64,000 nt of DNA from an uncultured delta proteobacterium (GTDB lineage Bacteria; Desulfobacterota; RBG-13-43-22), in the NCBI GenBank assembly GCA_963711835.1, contig CAVQFQ010000005.1:1-64000 (forward strand), given 5' to 3'. The notes beneath the pieces are model-generated. The model worked only from the letters and a program-made list of their open reading frames with translations. It searched no databases and was not told where the DNA came from. Positions within the stretch are counted from its first letter, which is position 1, and the number at the start of each line of letters is the position of its first letter. The position numbers and the translations under genes are program-made. This document shows positions 57,007 through 64,000 of the stretch, one piece after another.

Positions 57007-57570
57007 ATGCGGAGATTACTATTCGGTTCTGTGTTGATCCTGTTGTTGCCGGCTTTGCTGCCGGCGCAGGAATTTCCTAAAGCCGAAGTGTTCGGCGGCT
57101 ACTCTTATTTTCGGGCGAATCCCGAGGGATACAATCTGAATGGATGGAACGCCTCGATTTCGGGAAATATTCTCCCCTGGTTCGGAATTGTCGGTGATTT
57201 CAGCGGCCACTACGGCGCTCCCAGCCAGTTCGGATTCCGGATTCCCGGAGTTAACATCAGCTCTCATACCTTTATGGCCGGCCCCAAATTGTCATACAGG
57301 GATGGCGGGAGGTTGACTCCGTTTGCCCACTTCCTGATCGGGGCGGCGCGGGCCGGCACCAGCGCGTTCGGATTTTCATTATCGGATACGTCGATCGCGG
57401 CGGCAGTGGGCGGAGGCCTGGACATCAAGGTGAGCAATTCGCTGGCCGTGCGGGTGATCCAGGCGGATTACCTGATGACCCGATTCAATGCCAGTCCGGA
57501 TCTTTTCTTCTCACAGCGCCAGAACAACGCAAGGCTGTCGTTCGGCATCGTGCTTCGTCTGGGGGAATAG
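57007..57570 (+). CDS. Outer-membrane beta-barrel protein (Acidobacteria-type)
   Basis: Signal peptide, KAEVFGGYSY, GIVGDFSGHYG, GGGLDIKV, QADYLMTRF, RQNNARLSFGIV; AGGAGG SD. Confidence 0.85.
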   Translation: MRRLLFGSVLILLLPALLPAQEFPKAEVFGGYSYFRANPEGYNLNGWNASISGNILPWFGIVGDFSGHYGAPSQFGFRIPGVNISSHTFMAGPKLSYRDGGRLTPFAHFLIGAARAGTSAFGFSLSDTSIAAAVGGGLDIKVSNSLAVRVIQADYLMTRFNASPDLFFSQRQNNARLSFGIVLRLGE

Positions 57571-57598
57571 AGAGCGATAGCGCGAAGGACTTCACCAT

Positions 57599-57637
57599 CT
57601 GGGAGTACTGGGACCGCCGGCGGTCCCAGGCTCCCAG
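57599..57637. repeat. GC-rich palindrome CTGGGAG..CTGGGACCGCCGGCGGTCCCAG..CTCCCAG
   Basis: Near-perfect inverted repeat between convergent genes. Confidence 0.7.
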
Positions 57638-57670
57638 AGCTCACTTCGCGTACATTCGTGGCCTGGATGT

Positions 57671-58411
57671 TCAGTCGTCAGTCACGCCGGCAAACAGATC
57701 CGTCTCGGGCTGCATGACGGACGGGTGAGTCGTCGCGGCCAGGTGGTAAAGTTCCGTCGTTCGATGCCGCATCGAGTTCTCAAACAGCGGAAAAAGCGGC
57801 GCCTGGGTCGAATGCGAACGAAACGCCTTCAGCTTGAGACTCACGAAATCGGAAATGTCGATGACTGTTGTCGCAGGCGCAAGACTGACCGGCTGCCGGT
57901 CCGGGAGCATGAAAGCGGCCGTGGCGTAGTAAAGCTTCTGAGTTCGATGCGCTGCCAGCCCTTCAGCCAGCTGTTCGGGATAACGGTTCGTGCGCCCCGC
58001 CCAGTGATACGCCATGGTCCCGAAAATGCCGGCCATCGAATGGTCGGGGTGGCCGGTGACCGCGCCTTCCGGCCCCATCGTCAGAATCACGTGGGGCCTG
58101 ATCCGGCGCACGCGCCGCGTCAGGTCACCCACGACCGCGTAGAAATCAAGGCAATCCAATTTCCCATCAGGGTAATCCAGTGCCTGGCAGTCGCCCACCC
58201 GGAGCAGCCTGCAGGAGGCAGCGAGCTCGCGCCGACGCACTTCGGCGAGTTCCTGATCGGAGCGGGCGCCTCCCCGATGGGTTGCGGCCTGTCCCGGAGT
58301 GAGGCAGATCAGAAAGGTTTCGACTCCCCGGGAACGAACAAGAGGCAGCACCCCGCCGAAAGCGCCCGCCTCGTCATCGGGATGTGCCGTGATGCAGAGC
58401 AATCTCAACAT
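57671..58411 (-). CDS. PIG-L/LmbE family deacetylase
   Basis: AHPDDE, TPGQAA, RRRELAAS, GHPDH, HSTQ. Confidence 0.9.
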   Translation of the reverse strand: MLRLLCITAHPDDEAGAFGGVLPLVRSRGVETFLICLTPGQAATHRGGARSDQELAEVRRRELAASCRLLRVGDCQALDYPDGKLDCLDFYAVVGDLTRRVRRIRPHVILTMGPEGAVTGHPDHSMAGIFGTMAYHWAGRTNRYPEQLAEGLAAHRTQKLYYATAAFMLPDRQPVSLAPATTVIDISDFVSLKLKAFRSHSTQAPLFPLFENSMRHRTTELYHLAATTHPSVMQPETDLFAGVTDD

Positions 58412-58581
58412 GAAATCAAAGTACCGTGACGTCGTAACGACATCAAGTGCGGTGAAAGGGAGAGATTCCAAACTTCCCGCAAGAGCCTTGGATTCGAGCA
58501 GGAGGTTTTACTATTACCGCCCACACTTGAACCTAATCCATTCGGGCCGCATCATCTTCTTAGTCGGAGGATAGAAGATTC

Positions 58582-60490
58582 GTGACCCGTAAAATCTTCG
58601 TCATGGCAGCTGGGAGTGCTGTCGCGCTCCTTTGCTCCGTCGGATTGCTGATTGCTCAAACCCAGGTCCAGACAAAATCTTTCGCCGCTGCACCGGGAGA
58701 CACGGTCGTCGTGCAAAACGATTTTGGCCGGGTTCGGATTCGAGGCGTCGACAGCTCGGAAGTCCTGGCGCGTCTGGAAATGGTCTCGTCGGGCAAGATC
58801 CAGCCGGATTTTCTCGTCGCAACGCAGAAAAACGGTCGGGAGATTTACCTCTACTCGTTTTTTTCGGGTCAATCCCAGGAAGCCGTCAATCTCGAAATCC
58901 AGGCGCCCAGGTTTCTGAACGTCGTGGTCTGGGGTGCTAATCCCGAGATCGAAATACAGGGAATACAGGGTTCGGTGCGGGTTCAGAACATCACGGGGAA
59001 TATCACCCTCTACGACCTCTCATCCTCAGTCTCGGCCAGTTCAGATCGGGGCGACATCGCCTATCATGCGGGCACGCAGCCGCGCGGCGACGTGCGCATT
59101 GAATCCACAAACGGGAATATCCGCTGCGACTGGCAAATAACCTCAATCTGCGGGCATGGTTGCGCGCCGGTGGCGCTGTCTCCTGGGACAAGGAATCCGA
59201 AGAGCGCGGAACCTGGATCGAAAAGCAGCTTGGTTCGCTTGGCCCGCTGATAAACGCCGTCAGCCTGAACGGCAACGTCAGGGCAACCTTGAGCCCACCA
59301 GGGAGCCGGCCTGCGCCGTTGCCGACTTCAGTCCCGCGGCAGGGTGCGAGTTCCGAACCCAATTCGCAGGCAAAGACTGCTACGAAGATTCCACCGCCGG
59401 AAATACCAAAGGCTGCTCCGGCTCCCGCTCCTCCAGCCGACGTCCCCCAATCGACAACCGCCACACCCGGCGGGCCGGGCGTGGCGATCAAGGTCAGTGT
59501 CGACTCGGTTTTGTTGAACGTGTCGGTTCGGGATCGTTACAGCAACAGAAGCATCGCCGGGCTGGCAACAGGACGACTTTCGGGTTTATGAAGCACCGGC
59601 GTGCCCCAGGAGCTCCAGCAGCTCTTGACCACGGACGCGGCCTTTCAACCTCCTGCTCCTGATGGATGTAAGCGGCAGCACGCAGTCGTTTATCCACCTG
59701 ATCGAGACAGGCCGCCACTCAATTTACTCAGGAAATCAATGAGAATGACAAGATCGCCGTTGCGGAATTCAACTCCGACGTGCAGTTGCTGCAGGATTTC
59801 ACGAGTGACCGGAGAGCCGCCGAAAGAGCCATCTCGCGGATTAAATCCGGCGGTGGTACGGCTTTTTACGATGCATTGATGACCTGCATCGATCAGTACA
59901 TGCGCAATATCGAGGGGCGCAAGGCAATCGTGGTTTTCACCGACGGCGTGGACAATCAGCTGATGGGCAGTGGAGGACAAGGTTCGCGGACCACCTTTAA
60001 TCAGCTCTATCGCAGGATTCAGGAGAGCGACACGATCGTATATACGATTTTTCTCGACAGCGAAGGCCAGTTTCCCGGTTCGGGTCGCAATACGGGAGGC
60101 TGGCCGGGCGGGGGTGGTCGATTCCCCAGAGGTGGCTTGGGACTGCCGATTCCATTGCCTCTGCCGATACCGGGCCCTACCGGAAATCCCTATCCCGGCG
60201 GCAATGAAAGAACTGCTTACGAGATTGCTCGAAAGCAGCTGGAGGAAATCGCCGAACAGACCGGCGGCAGAAATTATTCGCCGCAAAGGGCAGAGGATCT
60301 CTCGGGGGCTTACTCGCAAGTGGCCGACGATCTCAGGATTCAGTACCTGCTCAGCTACGCGTCTTCCAACCAATCGCAGGACGGGCGCTGGCGAGCGATC
60401 CGAGTTGAGGTCAGGGATCGTCCCGAGGCCGTTGTCCGCACGCGCAAGGGTTACTTCTCAAGAAAGGGCACGGCGGCTTCGTCAGGATAA
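58582..60490 (+). CDS. Secreted VWA-domain protein with N-terminal DUF4097-like beta-repeat region (frameshifted)
   Basis: Signal peptide, GxV/I beta repeats, Pro-rich linker, VLLNVSVRD, MDVSGST (MIDAS), GGTAFYDAL, VFTDGVD, TGG, QYLLSY, VRTRKGY. Confidence 0.8.
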
Positions 60491-60759
60491 CAGTTCTTGC
60501 TGTTTTCGAAGCAGCCTTCCATGCGCGGGGGCGCGCACCCACGGCGCATGAAAATGCTATGTGACGACGTTTGCGATGAAACAGGTTGCAGAGCTTAATC
60601 GAAAAACGAACAACTGTCGCTGGGTGTTTGGAAAAGCGCCGGCGGGACGCCGGCGACGCCGGCGTCCCAGGACTCCGCACATGGCGACTTCGGCTTATTC
60701 GTGCAATTGGTGCAATTAGTGGCAAAGAATTCGTGCGAATTCGTGGCACGAATCAGGTC

Positions 60760-61158
60760 TTACATCGTAGGGCTGCCCTTGCCCTGAATGGTCTCGCCTT
60801 CCACTTCTTCAGCACACTCCAGGCAGTGGGTCGCGTATGGGATGGCTTTCAGCCGTTTTTCACCGATCTCTCTGCCGCACCGTTCACAAATCCCGTAAGT
60901 GCCCTCGTTCAATTTTCGTTCGGCTTCGGCCATCTGAGTCAGCTCCGCCGAGCGAATGTCGATCAGTCTGACTCCGACCGTTTGCAGAACATCAAGAATG
61001 GACATATCCGCACTGTCCATGCCTCGATCCAATTCAGCCCTGTAATCCTGACTGAGATTCGCAAAGATGTCTCCATGAATCTTGGCCCACACCTCTTGCC
61101 GGCTCTCATGCAGCAATTCCCGGAGTCTTTGCTGTCTTGTCTGGTTTGCCACTGTCAT
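60760..61158 (-). CDS. TraR/DksA family C4 zinc-finger transcription regulator
   Basis: GTYGICERCGREIGEKRLKAIPYATHCLEC; coiled coil with DSAD (DxxD). Confidence 0.9.
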   Translation of the reverse strand: MTVANQTRQQRLRELLHESRQEVWAKIHGDIFANLSQDYRAELDRGMDSADMSILDVLQTVGVRLIDIRSAELTQMAEAERKLNEGTYGICERCGREIGEKRLKAIPYATHCLECAEEVEGETIQGKGSPTM

Positions 61159-61967
61159 TTTGCCTTCTCCTTCGGCGCGAGTGAATCGTCCCCTGTGTCC
61201 CACATACGCCGCAGGAGGTCACGGCTGTATTCGAGGTAATGCCTGTTGGGTGAAAACACCTCGAGCGTGATGGTGCCGTCATACCCGCAACCTTTCAGTG
61301 CCCGGATGATCCGGGGCACATCGATGGTGCCTGCTCCCAAGGGCAGGTGCAGGTCATCCCTGCCTCCCTTATTATCGTGCAGGTGAACGTGGCGCAGGCG
61401 CTTTCCATATGTATTGAGGATCGTCTCAGCATTATTTGGAATCGGGCACAGATTGCAATGCCCTATGTCTAGATGCAATCCGAGTTCCGGAAAGGCTTCA
61501 AGCAGAACGCCCAGGTCCGCTGCCGAGTTAAAGTCGTCGCCGGGTATGTTTTCGACCATGATCCCGACCCCGACTCTGCGCCCGTGAGCCAGAAGCTCTT
61601 CGAGGGACTGCAGGTTCTTATCCATGAAGAACTTCTTGGAATGCAGCGGGCTGTGGCTATCGGGATGAACATTCATCCAGCGGGCGCCGGCCTGGGAAAA
61701 AATGTCCAGACATTTGCGGCATTGCTCGACGGCCGTTCTGCGAATTTCTTCGAAAGCGTTTGCGATGGGCAGGTAATAGGCAGTGTGTCCGATGACGCCC
61801 AACCTGTGACGGGCAAGCGCTGCGCGCAACTTCGACGGATCCACCTGCCACGGCGCGGCACGCGGGGGTTCCAGGGTCAAGTCCAGGAAGTCCAGCCCCA
61901 TCTCAGACATCCACTGAATCTCTTCAGTGATCTCGGATGCCGGATGGTTCATGGCGCCGATCAGCAT
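61155..61967 (-). CDS. Sugar phosphate isomerase/epimerase-like (xylose isomerase / AP endonuclease 2 TIM barrel)
   Basis: MVEN, LHLDIGH, HVHLHDN, DLHLPLGAG, GYDGTITLEV metal-binding motifs. Confidence 0.88.
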   Translation of the reverse strand: MLIGAMNHPASEITEEIQWMSEMGLDFLDLTLEPPRAAPWQVDPSKLRAALARHRLGVIGHTAYYLPIANAFEEIRRTAVEQCRKCLDIFSQAGARWMNVHPDSHSPLHSKKFFMDKNLQSLEELLAHGRRVGVGIMVENIPGDDFNSAADLGVLLEAFPELGLHLDIGHCNLCPIPNNAETILNTYGKRLRHVHLHDNKGGRDDLHLPLGAGTIDVPRIIRALKGCGYDGTITLEVFSPNRHYLEYSRDLLRRMWDTGDDSLAPKEKAK

Positions 61968-61990
61968 GTGGTCTCCTCCCGAGTGGGCGG

Positions 61991-62740
61991 TCACTTGTCC
62001 GGCCAGTGCGGGAAATCCTCGCCAAACCAGGGACGGGTGTCCAGCAAGTGCGAACGGCTGCCACACTCCCGAGTTTCGCGGCGCGTGATGCCCAGTGCGT
62101 CCCAAAGCCACCGGGGGAACTCATCCGCGCGGTCCGGGCACAACCAGGAGAACAGCGTCACCACGGATGCCAGGACCGGCGTGTCGTCGTGGGCCCGCCA
62201 CAAAAGGTGTTGCCAATCAAGTGCGGCGCCGGTGTGATACAACAAATTCATCACGTCAGGCCAGTCGCAACGCTCCCGCTGCATGACGTACATTTTGCCC
62301 CAGATCAGCTCTTCCGCCGGCAGGATCTTCAACCGATGGCCCCGGATCTCGACTGATGGACCACGGGTTAGCCAATGGGTGTCGGCCATCGAGCGCCGGT
62401 TCGGCATGCCCCAGATAATGTCTACGATCATGCCAGATGAGTATCCACGGTAGATCCAGCCTCGGTCATATGGAAGTTTCGAATGATAATCTTCCAGGCC
62501 GCAACTCGTCATGACCTTGATCATCGATTCCCGGTCTTCGGGCAGGACATAGATATCCAGGTCCTTGGTGTTTCGCAAGTGGCCGGTGTAAGTGGCTAGC
62601 GCAAAAGCACCTCCGAGCGCGAAGGGGGGACCGGAAGCAGCAATTCCCCGAATCACGCGTTCGTAGACTTCCCATTCTTCATCCGGCACCGACTCCGCCC
62701 AGATTGCCGGTTGTATCTGCATCTCTTTCGTTTGTTTCAC
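61991..62740 (-). CDS. Nucleotidyltransferase family protein (Pol-beta superfamily)
   Basis: FALGGAFALATYTGHLRNTKDLDIYV (GG...DxD), VDIIW third acidic residue, helical C-terminus (LDWQHLL). Confidence 0.8.
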   Translation of the reverse strand: MKQTKEMQIQPAIWAESVPDEEWEVYERVIRGIAASGPPFALGGAFALATYTGHLRNTKDLDIYVLPEDRESMIKVMTSCGLEDYHSKLPYDRGWIYRGYSSGMIVDIIWGMPNRRSMADTHWLTRGPSVEIRGHRLKILPAEELIWGKMYVMQRERCDWPDVMNLLYHTGAALDWQHLLWRAHDDTPVLASVVTLFSWLCPDRADEFPRWLWDALGITRRETRECGSRSHLLDTRPWFGEDFPHWPDK

Positions 62741-62773
62741 AGGAATATTCCCTGGGTGGGGCTTTAGTGGTGA

Positions 62774-62789
62774 AGCAACCCCTGAGCCA
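62774..62789 (-). promoter_or_regulatory. Putative sigma-54 promoter of the NTase operon
   Basis: Minus strand TGGC-TCAGGGG-TTGCT, 33 nt upstream of the ORF start. Confidence 0.5.
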
Positions 62790-63153
62790 TTGAGCCGCTT
62801 CCGGGGGGTGAGACCAAAAGTAAGTCATTTATAACTGCCACTTATGTTGATATGGGTCCCCGAAAATTTGCTTATTTTGCATTTGCCGTCTCGGGGAGGA
62901 TTTCCCATCAGGGCTCGGTCCTGTAAAATTGGCGCATTGAACAGGGAGTGGACCTTCGAGATTCTCTGAGCCCTTTGAGTCCTGGAGGTGTGGCAGCCTC
63001 GTCTCAAAGCCCAAAATCCTCGAAGAGGCTCAAAGCAGTTAAGCGGCTATTTTCAGAGCAGCCTTCCATGCGCGGGGCGCGCACCTCAGGCATAATTTTG
63101 GCTTGACATAGACGCGACGCGAAGGAATTCTGTTCGCTCACTGGCCGAATTCG

Positions 63154-64000
63154 ATGCTCCAGACTCGTGTTTTCCCTTTGTTTCACCGAAATGCCGCAAG
63201 GAGCGGGATTGCCGTCGTTATCTGTGCCTGCATCATCGCAGCCCTTGCATCGCAAAACTTCCTGGCCATGCACAGACAGGATGTCATCGTGCCCGGTCCG
63301 GGAGTCACACAAACCGTTCCTCTCTCCAGTTATTTCCCCGGATTGTCCAAGACACCTGGCGATACGCCGGTCTATGTCATGAATGGCCAAGTCCCGGGTG
63401 GAACGATCCTGGTCTTGGGCGGCACGCACGGAGATGAAACGGCAGGTTATCTTACCGCCATCCTCCTGATAGAGCAGGCACGGGTCCGGGCGGGACGTTT
63501 GATTGTCCTGCCCCGCGCCAACGCCAGCGGCTTCACCCACAGCATGCCACAGGAAGCGCACCCGCAGCGCATTCAGGTCAGAACGGTGCGCGGCAGCCGG
63601 ACCTTTACTTGCGGCGCCCGCGTAACGAATCCGATCCACCAATGGCCCGATCCCCAAGTCTACACGCTCGCGGGATCACGCCAGCAACTCTCGGGAATCG
63701 AGACCAGAAATCTCAATCGGGCGTATCCGGGCCGCCGGGACGGCTCGTTGACCGAGCGGATCGCCTACGCCATCACGGCACTGATAAAGCAGGAAAAGGT
63801 CGATCTGGCCATCGATCTGCACGAGGCCTCCCCCGAATACCCCGTCGTAAACACGATTGTGTCGCACGAAAAGGCGATGGACCTATCCGCAATCGTCAAC
63901 ATGAACTTGCAGGCTAAGGGGATCCCCATCGGACTCGAAGCATCGCCCGTGAACCTGCGCGGGCTGTCCCACCGCGAGTGGGGCGATTCGACCGGGACGC
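63154..64000 (+). CDS. Succinylglutamate desuccinylase/aspartoacylase (M14)-family protein, runs off the window end
   Basis: Translated by hand: TM/signal segment, GGTHGDE, PRANASG, RNLNRAYPG, IDLHE; absent from the ORF track because it has no stop in the window. Confidence 0.85.
   Translation, partial: MLQTRVFPLFHRNAARSGIAVVICACIIAALASQNFLAMHRQDVIVPGPGVTQTVPLSSYFPGLSKTPGDTPVYVMNGQVPGGTILVLGGTHGDETAGYLTAILLIEQARVRAGRLIVLPRANASGFTHSMPQEAHPQRIQVRTVRGSRTFTCGARVTNPIHQWPDPQVYTLAGSRQQLSGIETRNLNRAYPGRRDGSLTERIAYAITALIKQEKVDLAIDLHEASPEYPVVNTIVSHEKAMDLSAIVNMNLQAKGIPIGLEASPVNLRGLSHREWGDSTGT

Noticed and set aside
45128-64000. Genomic island or prophage inserted in sucB
   Set aside because: No integrase, att repeat, phage or conjugation genes; the content is ordinary chromosomal genes with their own repeat families, so a chimera is more parsimonious.

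Overview
This window is a mosaic. Bases 1 to ~45,127 are a syntenic core-genome block of a Bradyrhizobium-like alphaproteobacterium: asd, leuCD, ffh-rpsP-rimM-trmD-rplS, dapF-mtaB, ftsY, ccmABCDG, acnA, a ybbAP/tesA-type locus, zapE and mdh-sucCD-sucAB. It carries typical palindromic intergenic repeats, an ffh leader RNA motif and a candidate sRNA. At ~45,127 sucB breaks off mid-domain. Two short, indel-rich fragments follow: GT9/waaF heptosyltransferase genes (~45.1-46.3 kb) and a 5'-truncated alanine dehydrogenase (~46.3-47.2 kb). The last ~16.8 kb are lower in GC and look Acidobacteriota-like: a MASE3 histidine kinase, a NamZ-like DUF1343 protein, RidA, two outer-membrane beta-barrels, an M16 protease, a PIG-L deacetylase, a VWA protein, an NTase/TIM-barrel/DksA operon and an M14-type deacylase. 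The abrupt junctions and scattered single-base frameshifts point to a chimeric long-read or metagenomic contig. I saw no CRISPR array, tRNA/rRNA, transposase or integrase, and no unambiguous novel system. The best leads are a putative sigma-54 operon of nucleotidyltransferase, metal TIM-barrel and DksA; a sigma-54/IHF-preceded Cys/His microprotein; two MITE-like elements with clean terminal inverted repeats; unannotated uORF and sRNA candidates near leuC and acnA; and recurrent 15-bp in-frame microduplications. All family and taxon assignments come from motif recognition by eye, not database searches.
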